A stretch of DNA of 64,000 nucleotides, taken from Tubiluchus corallicola (Eukaryota > Animalia > Priapulida). The DNA lies in the NCBI GenBank assembly GCA_030141605.1, contig JAQGDQ010000709.1, positions 1 to 64,000 of the forward strand, read 5' to 3'. Shown piece after piece: positions 26,571 to 41,600 of this stretch (position 1 is the stretch's first letter; each line of letters begins with the position of its first letter). A model generated the notes under the pieces. The model had not been told where the DNA came from, did no database searches, and saw nothing but the letters and a program-made list of their open reading frames with translations. The position numbers and the translations under genes are program-made.

Positions 26571-28798
26571 ACAGATAAAATTCAGCAGATTCAATCTTAC
26601 AGGTAAAACCCATTCATTACAGGCTAAACCAGTGTTGTATATTATCTTTATGAACATAACAAGTTTTGCGTCAACTGATTTCATCGCTCAGGGCAACATG
26701 TTACGTAAATCGAATTTCATTTCACATTAATTGATATCTTATAAAAAACTTAGCATATAGTTATAATAGACTAGAATACCTCAAACTGTAAGATTGTTTG
26801 TTTGTCTGTCTGTCCGTCTGCTTGTTTGAGTAATTACCTAACTTTCTGCAAGTTTACTGATTCATAAAATATTTTAGGCGCTTTCGTTTATTCAGAATGA
26901 TACTCTAGATGCTTAAGTAATTCACAAAGCAATTATTTCGCATTATTCCCAACTTCCATTCTTATATACCACCATGAAGCGACTACACGTCAATATACTC
27001 CAATATTTACATCCTACCTTGTGTGCTGACACACGCGTATATGGTCACGGACAGGTGTTAATAAGCTTCATAAAACAGGTGAGATGAAAGATACCGGCTT
27101 CATAAAACTGTTAGACGAATGCTCGCAAGCCCACACGGCGAGTATGCTCAGCACACATTGGTTTTTCTATTAAAATGAGATCTCCGACTTAAGGCGCACC
27201 TGACAAGTAGTTATCCTCAACGAAGGCGCTAAAAGTGGGACAGAGCCAGACTGACAAAGAGCCGAGTAGATCCGGCCGGATATCATATTATAGCATTTAT
27301 GATTGTGCCAAAGTTTAACAAGTTTTTACCGACTTACCAGCCACGTTTGCCCATCATTTAACAGTTATAGATATGCGTGAAATAGGTATGAGATAGTCTA
27401 AACGAGGGCAGTTGCCTCCTAGAGGAGGTGTTCTTTTTAACCAGGGGAGAAATTTCATTCAAAGGAGGAACTTTATTGGAGAAGAATGATGTACCTTGCG
27501 CGCTGCTTACGTGCAGCAAATGAAATGAAAAACACGGTTTAGAATTCAACGATTTTCACGTTCTTGGGAACTATGTGTACTGGCTGCTGTATGTGGCACG
27601 AATTGTGAAACTAACTAAGTTAAGAATGAAGACATACGTAAAGTGATAAGCCAGTTTGAAATTAAACTTAAACTTGGTTCGTTTCTTTTCATACAGGTCA
27701 ACGTGAGCATTAAAGTGGAACGAATGTTTTCTATTGCGACAATATTATATTATCTTCCTTCTTTCGATGACACCTCATTTATAAAAAAATTCAGATTTTC
27801 CAATAACATATTTGGATGATAAAACAAGTTTTATCATGATCAAAAGAAAGGAGGATTTCTTTTTTTCATTTTATTGAAGTTAAACAATAAATTTTCATAC
27901 ATAGATTGATTTATTAGCATTACCAATGTAAAAGTGCAAAGGTGAAAAATCAATAGATGAAAATTCAAAATGAGGAACACCGAAGGAAACCAGAGATCAC
28001 GGCGAGGATCGTGACTTGGAAGCATAAGAATCAGTGGTACAGACATGTCCTTACAGACACCATATATGATTAGGTCCTTAGAATTACAGAAATTACAGAA
28101 ATATGTTGCTCCTGACTCCAGAGAATGTCCTACGTCCTTAATGGACGCTTCTTCGTAGCAAAGGCTGCACAATATGGCACGCTTTTATCTTCGGGGAAAT
28201 TTCCCAAATCGATTTGCCGATTTGGGAAGTTTATCAATCTTCATAATCAGCATATCTCGTGCGCACACACGTCGCCGACTCTTCTTCGGTCACGGCGCTC
28301 TTTAATTTCGTTTCAATAACGTCCCTAACCACCCTCCCAAGTGCCCGGCCAAATTGAGCTTCCGGAACGGATAATTCCCGCCAGGCCAATAATGTCCAAG
28401 CTTAGCAGCTGTCCGCGAGAATAGAAGACAAATCTTCGACAGCACGTCTTCGTGTAAGCCGCCATTACGCAAGACTAATAAACGACTGTTACGCCACAGC
28501 GATAAGAAGATGAGTTACCCACGCAACTCTAGCAGCTGATTCATGTACTTGTACTTTGTACGCATATAAACGGCAAACACTAATTACTACCAAGCGTGTA
28601 ATTGAGTTGAGGTGACGTACTTAAAAAACTCTTAGTAAAATATTCATGAGTTCTTAATTTGACAGCCCAATTACAGCAAATCTTATTAATTGTAGTATGA
28701 TTTTACTTTACATTAGGCGAACAAACTGCTGAATAACATAGGCCCCTAATTATAGCAAACCATGTCTTCAGTAACAGCAAAGTGAGCACCGATTCATT

Positions 28799-29368
28799 TT
28801 AAAACAGGCACGTGCCCCATTTTAAACTATACTCAAAACAATCTACCCAACAAAATGTTGAAAGGGAACATACCATGTTCTCTTACGTGAAAGAATATTA
28901 CCACAAAAACGAAATTTCGCGTTCGCGCGGCTAGTTCTTCGCTGTTACATGTATTTCACCATTCGCCAGTTAGATGGGCATTAGCGCCTCCATCTGGGAA
29001 ACGCGATGCACGAAAAAGCACTGTGTACCTCTCCGTTCAAAGGAGTTCAGTTGTGATAGAAAGCACACGCTCGACAGCTCATGCGTAAGTGCAGCAGTAA
29101 ACTTAACAGCTTTGAATTTTAAATTTTAAATTTGTCGTGTTTTGTACATCACACCGAATGCTGTACAGTAGCAATGTACTTTAATGTACGCTCACGGAAT
29201 GGTTGTGCCGTTGAAAATTATGTTCAGTTGTGACGTCATCACTACTTGAGTTCGCCTGCCGTTAATTAAGTTTTTAACCTATTATTTAATTCTCAGAAAC
29301 ACTTTGGCACTATTATACCGCACTTCAAAACGGGGCAGTATGTGAAAAATCGTCTTGTTTTCCTTTAA
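28799..29368 (-). mobile_element. Kolobok-like element copy
   Basis: Reverse-complement homology to the 15.6 and 50.2 kb copies. Ends TGTTTTCCT|TTAA. Confidence 0.75.
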
Positions 29369-29409
29369 AGTAGCTTGCAAAAATTAATATACTTTTGTGT
29401 AGCCATAGG

Positions 29410-29902
29410 TTAATCATTATGACACCGTGTGGCGAACGAAAACCAATTATACCCGTTGTATCCCGTGGGATACGAGAATATTTTCTGCCTTTAAAATCAA
29501 TAAAATTTTAAAACTGACAGTTATTTGATCGGTTAGTTATTTTGATTTAAGCCAATGACAATAGACTAAAAATGGTGATAAAATGGCAAACCAGAAAATC
29601 TACATAGCATAAAAAACTGCGCAAGGTACAGTACTTTAGAGATGACTTTGTACAGATCAGCACAGCATGCATACTAAATGTCTTAAATACTTTAAAAAAT
29701 TATCAGCAGTTGCAAAATGAAGAACATTTTATGCTTCCCTTGAATCCCAATGTATCCCCGTGGGATACAGGCTATATTTAGCACGCGGGCACAGGTAGAA
29801 AAAAATAATTATTATGTGTAAACAACATGGATATACTGAACAAAAGTACCAAGCCAAAAAAAAATTTCTTATTAAAAAATAATTTGGGACTGAAAGGGTT
29901 AA
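29410..29902. mobile_element. piggyBac-like MITE
   Basis: Right end GGGACTGAAAGGG|TTAA. The internal palindrome GTATCCC(C)GTGGGATAC occurs near both ends (~29458, ~29752). The left TIR is degenerate. Confidence 0.5.
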
Positions 29903-30378
29903 GTCTACTGTACTGAGAGTTGACTTGAACTCTTCAAGTTTTCAACATCAACATAAAGTTAGTAATTTAACCAACTTCTCTTAGAATTTTACTACGCAAT
30001 AAGTAGGTCTTCCTTTTCAAATTTAAATGAAGCCATATTATTGGAGTGTGCACTTTAATAAGATTATTAGCTCTGAACAAAAACAGAAAGTCAAAGAGCT
30101 GACAATCGTCTGACATCAACTAGGGAACACTTGATTTCTGCTGCAAGGTTTCAGCATGCTTGAGAAGAAGCCACTCTCCTTTCCTCCCCTCTTCTTCTAA
30201 ATCCTCCTTCATGCCAAATTAAGCTGAAATTTCATAAAGTTTCGGCTTAAATCAAGCCGTTCGATGAATCTTTGAGTGTCGTCATAGCAACAAGGATAGT
30301 CTGGAAACAGTGGACATCGTCCGATCGTGTGTAATAAATTGCAGTGAGCAGCAATATATTCGTTCCGTTAGCGTAAGG

Positions 30379-30679
30379 CAGTGGTTCCCAAAGTAGGGGT
30401 AAATTACCCCCCCGGGGGTAATATGGTTTTTTTTTGGGGGGGGGGGGTAACGGGCACCCTCTGAAAATTTTTAAAACTTCGCTCGGAATGCATTTTACGT
30501 AGTTTTCTTCTTGAAGAGACTGCCTCCGGCAGGCAACACTGTGTCATGGGGTCCATCATTCGCACGTTCCCACAATCTCTGGTGCGATCCTGGGGAGAAG
30601 TAGTACTAGGTGGGGGGGTAATGGACACGACCGGGTTTCCCGATTTGGGTAACGGTCCGAGAAAGTTTGGGAACCACTG
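30379..30679. mobile_element. hAT (Charlie-like) MITE with perfect 8-bp TSD
   Basis: TIR CAGTGGTTCCCAAA / TTTGGGAACCACTG. TSD GCGTAAGG at 30371-30378 and 30680-30687. Confidence 0.92.
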
Positions 30680-30829
30680 GCGTAAGGAGACGGCAACTAC
30701 GTGTGATAGGGTTGTAAAGACTGCGATTAGAGCGACTTTACCAGCTTTTGAAGCGACTTTGCAAAGGTTATACAGATGGAAGACGGAGTGAGCTCATCAT
30801 CTCGCATGAGGCAGCAGAGAAAGAAGCAG

Positions 30830-31732
<903 letters not shown>

Positions 31733-33998
31733 TGTACATGTAACTATAAGAAAAACGAGCATTGCAAAACCGATCAACAACAGCTCTTTTGAAAAAACAA
31801 TTACTGAATACCGAGCGAATGGTTTCAAAAATGTACTGTAAACGAATACTTGTATTATAAAGCTGACAAAGCTTTTGGCCACTAGTTAGCTCTCCTTTAA
31901 TATGTTCCGCGTCTCTAAGTTCAACAGTACTTTTAGTAGATGACGCCACAGGTTCTGTTAACAGATGCATTCTAAACAATTTAGCAGACGCATTTTCAAG
32001 TGTTTTAAACTGTGCGCAATTTGGGAAGCAGCGCAACGTCACAAACCAAGAAGCTTGAAGGACAAGAGGAGACGTCAAATTCGCAACAAATTTAGTATCA
32101 ACAAGACAACATCATTCGACAGAGCTCGTTAATTCCACACCAGCAGAACTGTGAAAATTTAACAAACTGCTTCTGTGAAACACATCCGCCGCCTCCTCAA
32201 AGACGCCTCCTGCCGGATACCATCTCGCTAACGAGTCGCTGTGTGGCACCGGCCGATGGCACCTGTTTTCAACACCACACCGCCGAGCCCGATTCAGATT
32301 TTAACAGTTGGCGTAAAAAAGTCGAATAGCAGCCATCTGCGATTGAGCAAGAGAGAGTAATGGTTGTAGTCATTTTTCATCCCCATACATGCTTCACGTC
32401 ACGCTAGCAGTGAGAGAGCAAGCCAGACCAAATGCGAAGACCATAAATCAACCACCAAACCAGACCCACCAACGTCAGCCGTCAAGTTAGTAGTCAATAA
32501 ACTCGCTCATTTTTCATTCTCCACGTCTAATCAATTTCATTGAAGGTTGTTTTATGGCCGGGCCAGATTCACTGCTCGCTCAGTACCGCTCGTTTTTCAT
32601 TTTGTCAAAAGTTAGACCCCCGTAATGGGCTCCTAATCATGTTTCCCATATGTCAGTTCTTTGTTGACTTTGGCAGAAACACGGAGGTTTCAGCTTTAAA
32701 AGCTATTCAGACGGGGGAAACAAAACTGTTACTGCTGACTAACAGACGATGGTTATGGTCCTTATTTTCTATAATACATTGAAGACAAACAGCAAATGCA
32801 TCCTGACTTTATTGACTGTCTACTGACGATGATGACGACGCGCAGCTAGAAGATGCTGCGAGGAGGCTGAGGACCTCTTAGTGCTAAAGAGATTTAATAT
32901 TCCGTCGGAGTAATGCCTGGAGACAATAATATGCAAATGGCCGCATTTAAAAGCAGTCGCCGGATTATTATTTTTCTGAATTTATCAGGAAAACGGCTTG
33001 CTTGGCGGATAATTTATCAATTTCCAAAAACTGGTTAAACTGTAAAAAATCAACGAACAATGTACACTGAACCCTGGAACAGTTTATACAGTTTATACAA
33101 AAAAAATTTTGAGAAAGACTCTACAGGAACTTATTATGTATGAAGAGATAACTGTTACATGTTTTTTTTCAACGTATGCCTATGGTATCACGCACACACA
33201 CATATATATATATACAGGGTGTCCACAAATTTTACCACTTCAAGAATTTATAAAGCATAACTCAATGAATGATGTAGCAATTTACCAAATGTCTTATATA
33301 AGCTTCATTGTTTCATTCATATCACTTTTACTTGAGGACAATTAATTCAGAAAATTCCCATGAAAATGCCAATTCCTAAAATCTTACACAACCTGTCTTT
33401 CACAATAGTATATACTATAAATATTATATGCAATTATACGTAATATAAAGTTATACATATTATAACTTTGTATGGAAGGTTTTTTCTAAAGTATACCTTA
33501 AAATTCCCCAATCCTCCCCCTTAAGTATTCTGACTACTGTGACACCATGAGTTTTGCACAGAATCGAGGACCATTTGCAGACACAGTGTAGACTTCTTCT
33601 TTCGTGAAACAACCAATTTTAAGAAAAATGAACTACCTGCAGTTTAATTCAACCGGAATAGCGACATTCTTAAATACGAACAGCTGCTGATTCAACCGTA
33701 ATACTGTGTAGCAATTCGTCTTCAATTATTCGCCAAGAGCCGCACTTTCACTAAATTAATAACCCCTCTTCATCATACGCATATAATACGTCCACGGGCT
33801 CCCCTTCGTTAATTAATCAGACGATTAATTACCCGGGCATTTATACCACACATCGTTATCTGCGTGTGGAACACAGATTTGTAAACTACGGCTGACGTTT
33901 ACGAGTTCCGGCGAGCGCGACCACGCGGCGTTTCGCCTCTGGCGTAAGCACGGCGCACCCAGTGAAATATGAGAGCTTTCGATTAAAGAAAATAATTA

Positions 33999-34386
33999 CC
34001 GTATTTTCCCATGTATAAGAGACCCCTTCAAATTTTTAGGCAAAAATTCTGGAAAAAAGTTTTTTGGTAATGAATAACTTTATTCATCATAGAAATCATT
34101 AAATTCCTCATCACTCTCATCAAAAATATCAACTGGAGTCAGACCTTCAGCAATTCCAGCCAGTTCATCATCAGAGGAGTCACTCTGCTCAAAAATGGCA
34201 TTGTCCTCTGTGCCGTCCATGGCATTGGAGATGCCACACTTCTTGAAAGATTTAATAATGACCTCTGGCTTTACACCATTCCATGCCTTGAGGACCCAGC
34301 TGTATACTCCCATGTATAAGAGACCCCCTATTTTTAAAGTGAAAATTCTGAGCAAAAAAGGGTCTCTTATACATGGGAAAATACAG
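33999..34386 (-). mobile_element. Internally deleted pogo/Tc2-type DNA transposon retaining the transposase C-terminus
   Basis: TA-flanked ~27-bp TIR CCGTATTTTCCCATGTATAAGAGACCC / GGGTCTCTTATACATGGGAAAATACAG. The minus strand encodes WVLKAWNGVKPEVIIKSFKKCGISNAMDGTEDNAIF plus an acidic tail, typical of pogo-like DDE transposases. Confidence 0.9.
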
Positions 34387-34820
34387 TAGTCGTCTATTCA
34401 CCATTTTTAATAACGACATGTGTTTTCTATTGTAAAGTTGCCCTTTTATTCGCTATTTTAATTAAATTCGTAGGATTTTATATAAAAATATTTCTGTGTG
34501 TATTTCTAATCATTCCATAGACACACACTTCATTAAAGTACACAATTTAACAACAACAACAACAAAACTAATTACTTTCACGTTTACAAAACAGAGCTAT
34601 TAGATTATAGCTACACAATCGCGAAACGATGTGTATGGTTTACGTATACGCAAAACATAAATTATATAAACATAATTTTAATATAAATAATAAAGAAATT
34701 CGGACCCATGTTTTAGTTAATGGCTAAGAGTCGTCCGAATCCACAGCCCAAAATGTACATACGTCATAAAGCAAAGATCACAAAACAATTTCTCTTTTGC
34801 TAACGTTTCAACGAACTTTG

Positions 34821-34992
34821 GAATCCAGGTAAGAAAGTTGCAGGTAAATACTAAAAAGTCACAGGGAAAATTAATAATCCTAATCGTAATCCAACCAAAA
34901 TTAATTGTGACGTTTCTCCTGGCACTTTTTTCAACGCCAAAATTGCGACTTTTTTCTCTGAATGTTTTCCTACGGCTTTATTACCGGTCACC
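34821..34992 (-). mobile_element. Telomere-core MITE copy
   Basis: GAATCCAGGTAAGAAAG ... TTTATTACCGGTCACC, the reverse orientation of the 38490 copy. Confidence 0.75.
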
Positions 34993-36756
34993 GAAGTTTG
35001 ACCTCACATCGAACTTTTTATCCCAGAAAAAAATTATGCGTTTTAATGAGTCTGAAATAATTTAACAGTGTAAAACATATCATAGGCGACACCTTTGCAT
35101 GACTTACGGTTGCATATCTAGGTCCAGCGCTTTTACTGCGCGCGTATTTGAAACTACGTCAAAATTCTGAAATGGCTACATTTAGCAGGAATGCTTTCTT
35201 GGTCGGGCAATTAAAATTACTGTATAAGAAAAGCAGACATGTTATAATTAATGATGTTTCTATGAAGTAGCAAGTGCTGCCGTATTGATCGGTTACGGGC
35301 AATCACTCATCAACATTCTAAAACAACGGACAGGCTACAACCATGCGTTCAATTCCCACCACGCGGGCGCACCTACGCACGCTATAGCCCTGTCCATAGA
35401 TTTACTGCCCTGACACTAAAACGCAGCGCCATTTTATATCGCTTTTTACGGCCAGGCGTATAAACTGATTTTCAATTCCCAGGTCATAAAAAAGCAATAA
35501 TATGGCGTTGCGTGGCGATGGTTTTTGCCACGAAGAAATAGCTACATAGGTTTCCGAATGTAATGGCTCGTATTTAACCCTTTCTTTACTTTCGTGAAAT
35601 ACTATAATGCTGAAACAATTAATAACCCATTAATCTATCCAATCATATCATTGGAATGATGGACAATAACTACAACACGATAATTACAGAATAATGACGA
35701 TATTTTAGTTAGTGCTTACATGGTTTCAGTATTGCTATTTAGTATAAGATTGTGAACATTAAAGGCGTGTACACATACTCCATTCCAAGTAACGAAGCGT
35801 TTATAGTTATATTCTACCAGCTGCATCAATAACAAAAACAGAATGTTCATTGACATTACCCAAAATTATGTACATATTTACAAAAAGAAAGTTCTGTATC
35901 CTTTGTGAAATTACTATGTATTATTCTATTCTATTCTACTAAATACTAATTAAAGTAAGCAAAGTACAAAAAGTTCAGTAACTACGCTCAGTAAAGCAAG
36001 TTGTGGAACTCCAAATGGTAAAATTTAAATGAATACATGAGGACAATCTCAAGCTAGTCAATAAAACTAGTTCACAAGTTATAACTGCTATCAAGACTTT
36101 AGTTGTACTCTTGTCTGAACTCACGCCTGACAGCATGAATTGTCAACACTCAATGAGATCGATAAACGATAATCAATCAGGCCAGTCTGATCGTCAATTG
36201 ATTATAAAATGCAAGGCAGAGCGAAGAATGATTACCTTTGCTACCAGAAAACAAACAAAAGTACAGCCGGTAACAGCGTTAAACGTGTGTACAGAAAACG
36301 GTTTTATCAGCTCAATGTATACTGTAGAACACGATTCTGACAGCAATCTTGACACGTACTGTAGAACATGATTTCTGACAGCAATCTTGACATGTTTGAC
36401 TTGAGATACGTTGTGTAAAAACTAGCGTGGATGCGATGGCGCATTTTCGCCCAAAATGACGTCTCGTAATCTTTTAATAAACATTAAACATGGAACGTGT
36501 CAATCATTGCTGCCTGGCTTAAGTCTGGCGTATAATGTCAGCCAATTGCAACAACAGACAATCTCGTTTTCTGAACTGTGAAGGCTCGAACGACATGATA
36601 AAACTGTTAATGGAATAGTTATAATCTTTATTTCAATATTATTATTATTATTATTAATGAAAACAACCAAAAGGTCATTAGATTCAACCTAAGTTCAGTT
36701 CCACCTGTTTCATTATTTCTTTTTATTCGAACAAGTGTTTTTAATATCAACAAATA

Positions 36757-36878
36757 GGTGATCGGTCATAAAGTTACAAAAAAACAGTCACGGAAAAGTC
36801 ACAGTTTAGCTAGGGTTGGGGTTAGGATTATTTCTTTTTTTCTGTGACTTTTTACCCGCCACTTTTTTACCTAGATTC
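36757..36878 (+). mobile_element. Telomere-core MITE copy
   Basis: GGTGATCGGTCATAAAG...AAAAGTCACAG...TAGGGTTGGGGTTAGG...CTGTGACTTTTT...CCTAGATTC. Confidence 0.7.
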
Positions 36879-38489
36879 AAAAAAGACTGGTTCATTACGT
36901 AACGCAGTGATCTATATCTTTGGTACTTGGACAAATACGAAAGTTGTAGTAGTTAGATTCACGAATGCGAATTAAGCTAGGGGAACTTCTGGACCAGCAA
37001 TAGTATTTCTGCTTTCAAATGCAGGCAAGCATTACTTGCCAACTATTCTTTTACACCTCGGGCGTATTTATTTCTACAAATCGGAAACGAGGCCATTAAT
37101 TTCGCTGTGTTTTGTCAAAGGCAAAAACAGCTAGACGATCTCAATAATTCACTTTACAATTTATACGTTCTACACAATACACGTAGACCAAGTTGCCTTT
37201 GATGTCACATGCCTGCAGAGACAGGCAAATAAATGTTATCGTAAGGTCCAACGCCGGACATGATTGCCTAATGGACCGCTGGACATCCGAATCCACAAAG
37301 TCTGTACTGGACACAGAGGACACCCGCAGCTCAGCATGTCCTAAACAAATAATCAAAAGTGGGACCGCGTATTTACCTCCTTGACAAAAGCTGTTTAGTA
37401 ACTAGGGAAGCCATTAATGACCACATTGCGGGAGCAGTTTCATCTCTTTCAGAAGAGGCACGTGGCCCGAAGAGTGTGATGACCATGTGCTGACCAGCTA
37501 AGACGTCAAAGCTACGAACAGAAATGGAGGATTGGGATCTGAGTTGACATCAATTACAAAAAGTCATAGAGCTGTGGCAATAAACGACAGTCATACTGTT
37601 CGCCGAATTCACGAATGTCGAACAGGTCATTTGGAGTGAGAGATTTTCAACAACTTTTCTTACAAATTCTTGTTCTTAACATCAATAACACTAACAGAAG
37701 TAATTTTCTAAACGCATTAGACTATATGAAAAACATGTCACAGGAAAAAATAAATAACCCTAATTCTAGCCAAAACTATAGTAGTTATCTTTTCCGTGAC
37801 TTTTTCTTGTGACTTTGTAATTTTTCGATTTCAAAATTTACACAAAGTTACTCAAAAGTTATTGTTATTAAGCCAGCTAGTCAAGCACTTGAATGAAACT
37901 ACCAACATTCAACAGTTTCAACTTCATTATTCTTGCTATTCTACATGTTAAGGATCTTCTAATTCAAACACGTGTACTGGAAAGACGTTTCAAAGGGAAC
38001 AGTCAAATCAAACATGTACAAGGACATACTGACTGGACAACAATGTCCTCTTCATCATGCCCAGAGACACTCGGACAGGCTAACTCTAGGGGCTAGTAGA
38101 AGGCATGTGTTGACGTTGCACCCCGCCAGGGCATATTCCCATTCTATAAACGAGCACTAATGAGACGTACTCTGGATGGTTATTGCAGCTGCTGGACTAA
38201 CGACAAGCGGCAATTACCACGCAACAATTAAAAACTGGTTCAAAGAACAATGGGGAGACGTGATTATGACGCAAGCGCGGGAGGGAGACTCTCGTGATCG
38301 TATCTGCACAATGCATTGTCTGCAACTTGTATACAAGGTGTCCAGAAAATCTTTGTACAGGGTGCTACAGCATGCAGAGTCTGTAGACATGGATGTGGCA
38401 AGTCTAGCTCTTCCTATAAGAACATCAGCCAAAAGCGAAGTAATTAGGTGAGAAATGGAAAAAATTTGGACCGCTTATGGATTCGCTTC

Positions 38490-38638
38490 GGTGACCGGTA
38501 GTAAAGTCACAGAAAAACTCACAATTATGGCTAGGAAAAAAGTCACAGTTAATTTTGGCTAAGATTAGGGTTAGCGTTATTTCTTTTGTGACTTTTTTGT
38601 CTGTGACTTTCTTACCTGCGACTTTCTTACCTGGATTC
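38490..38638 (+). mobile_element. Telomere-core MITE copy (best preserved)
   Basis: GGTGACCGGTAGTAAAGTCACAG...TTAGGGTTAG...CTGTGACTTTC...CCTGGATTC. Confidence 0.75.
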
Positions 38639-41600
38639 GATGCGTAAACCGTTACGGCAGTTGGAAAATTTGGAGATACTTTATTTTAGTGAAGAAAAGA
38701 ACCTGTCAGGTTACAAGCTACTAAAAAGTATACAATGAGGCCTTGCTAGAAAGATCTGTAGGACGAAACTGAAGATCACACTCTGTACAGATATGTCTAC
38801 AATATGTAACCCTAAATTTTCTAACATCTGATTTAAAACATTCGCGCTGCACTGCAAATCATGCATTTTTCATATTAATAACACTGCAGCCCCAAGAAAA
38901 TTATACCTACAGGAACATTAATCCCTCGTTTACAGAATGTTAATTAGCGTTAATGGCTAATTTGCATGTTATTGAGGCGCCTCTCGACGCATGCGCAGTA
39001 GGAAAACTTGAATTGCAAGTGGCTTTTTCAATGACTGTCCCTAGGCTAGTTACTCAATGTGAACGTTTAATATATCGAAAAACTTTAGTTAGGCCTACAT
39101 CAGACGAGTTTACACGTGCCAGTTTGGGTGTTCTTCTGCTCATAGAAGCCACTAAAAATGGCATAGGTAAAAATGACATAGGCAATAATTACACGATGAA
39201 TATATGGCATAGGTAAATATAACACAGGAGAAAAGGACAATAATGAAAAATAGAAAAAAAATGTCACACTTAACAAAGTATGAGGTTCTAAAACCTATGA
39301 GATTTTTTAGCTTCTTTTTGAAAAATTCAAATTTTGTTAAATTTTGTTTCAAAATGTGTGCTTATTTGCCGTGCACCACCTCCAAATATAGATTAAATAA
39401 TTGACGCAACAAAGCCTTCATAAACCCAATGTTCAATAAACAGCAATTTAACCGCGACAAAATTAATGATGACATTAGTCTGTCAAGGAACGTATCCCAT
39501 AATTCGCAAAGAAAAAAAATGAGTAATATATATTTTGCTGCAAAGAATATTAATCTACGAACAAACAAACAACTGCATTTACAATGAAACAAATTCCAAG
39601 CTGCAATCGAACAAATCAGCGGTTGACTAATGACGTACTTCCGCCAGTCCTTCTGTATTCCTGGTTTCATCGACTCCAAATGAATTCTGCTATCAATCAT
39701 CCGCGATTACAGCGAAAATCTGGAGCAAATCACGAGGTTTGTATGACCTACAATCATGGCCGTTCAAGTTACTATTATAGAGCTGTTAAAACCAATCGCC
39801 ATTTCTCGCGATTGAATCTGTGCGTTTGTTTTACCAGCTTGTTTATCGTCTGTTATAAACGAGAATTGGATAGGGGTCACGGGCAACAGAAGGCAAAGGG
39901 TGCGAGAACACAGCGCTTAGTACTGAAGCTTGAATCTTTCAGTAAAACACAAAGTAGTTTTGTACATAGTTTTCCTAAGTTAGTAATGTACGTAGGCCTA
40001 GTTGACATCCGACTATGTGGAAGTCAGTCAAACTTGATTAAGTTCCAACTGAAATGACGCACCGTTCCTAGGCGCATTCAGCGCGACGTCTTTTTAACAA
40101 AGTGGGAAATTTGTCTTTAATTGAGCAACATCAATCCACAGTTGACAACGAGCTAGCTGGTATTACAGACATTACAGAGCGAGAGAATAATACAAGCTGT
40201 CGCCTAAGTAAATTACGGAAAATGTATGGTTTTAGCGTTGCTAGTTGACATCTGCATCAGTCATCAAATCCAACCTCTTTAGAATAGATTCCACGTTTGA
40301 GATAGGGTACTACGGAAGTTGCAAAGCGCCTGCAGTTCATTATATTATATGTTTGATCAGTATAACATGGAAAAAGGATGAAAACTGTAATAAAAAGTCC
40401 CCCCCCCCCAAAAAAAATAAAATTAAAAATTTCAGCAAGCCTCTAAGCTTCAACGTCTTAGGAACAACGAAAAAAAAACGAAAAATTCATTTTTTCGTTT
40501 TTGACTTGCTATTGTTATTTAACATAAGTATCGATAAGTTTTTATAAATGGTTGTGGAAATGGAATTAAACATCAAAACTATTTTTAACAGGAAGCAAAA
40601 TCAGTTGCTTTGAAATGATGATATACGGCCATGACAAATATAACTTATGAAAGATCTACAAACGATCGAAAGACGTAACATAACTAGAAAAATAAACTGC
40701 CGATACGGATAATAAACGACAGCAATTAAATAACTTATGAGAGAAGACTAGTCTTGAACCAAATAGAAATTTTTCGACAACCCAATTTTCTCCGATTCTC
40801 GCAAAGTGTTTGTTATTCTTGTCGCAGACTGTACTACCCGTGACTCAGACAGTGTTAAGACAAATACATACAGCAAAGAGAGACAAGACAAAGGCAGAGT
40901 TAAAGAAATGACGACGACTAGGTAGCCTACACTATCCAAGTGCGCGCCCTATTCAACGCGGCGATCATCCGCTCATCTGACCAGTTTGGAGTTTGTTTTT
41001 GACCGGGTTACAGAGAGGACACTCAAGATAGAACCCTTAAAATGTGTTTATTGTACACAACGCGCAGCTGCGGCGTTAATTTGCAAAGTATTCTGGCTAA
41101 AGAGTTCTTGGGATGTAGGCTAGATTCTGTGAAAAATATGTGAAACTTATATTGAACGGCAATAAAAGCTGGTTTTTATAGACAGTTGCAATGTACGAAG
41201 AGAACGAACTATTTTATAAAGCCACTCGACATCGTCAATCATAAATTCATAAACCAAAAGATGTTTGTCAGCGTCAAGTAATTATATGACTCGAACGTGA
41301 TACCAAAGTCAAAATTTGAACAGAGATTATGAAATGTACGAATGGAAAAACGATCATCGATTTGCTAAGATTTGTTACATGAGATTTTTACATAGATATT
41401 GTTGTTATATATGTTATATATACATTGAACATACAAGTATAACGTATAATGATATAGCTTAAAAGTGACGAATTATTCTAAGGAGTCCATAGACATTTTA
41501 ATAACGTTCTTAGGTAGAAAACATACCTTTACAGTAATCATGAAGAGTTTTAGAGTGACTAACTAACTGAAGTTTTTATTAATAGCTCACAATGTTTTTG

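Noticed and set aside
38612-38640. Recursive-splicing AG|GTAAG sites in the long intron
   Set aside because: They lie within MITE subterminal repeats and lack an upstream polypyrimidine tract.
38730-38775. Hammerhead ribozyme (ATGAGGCCT...AGGACGAAAC)
   Set aside because: The CUGANGA core is broken (CAATGA), stem II is mismatched, and no convincing stems I/III or cleavage triplet are present.
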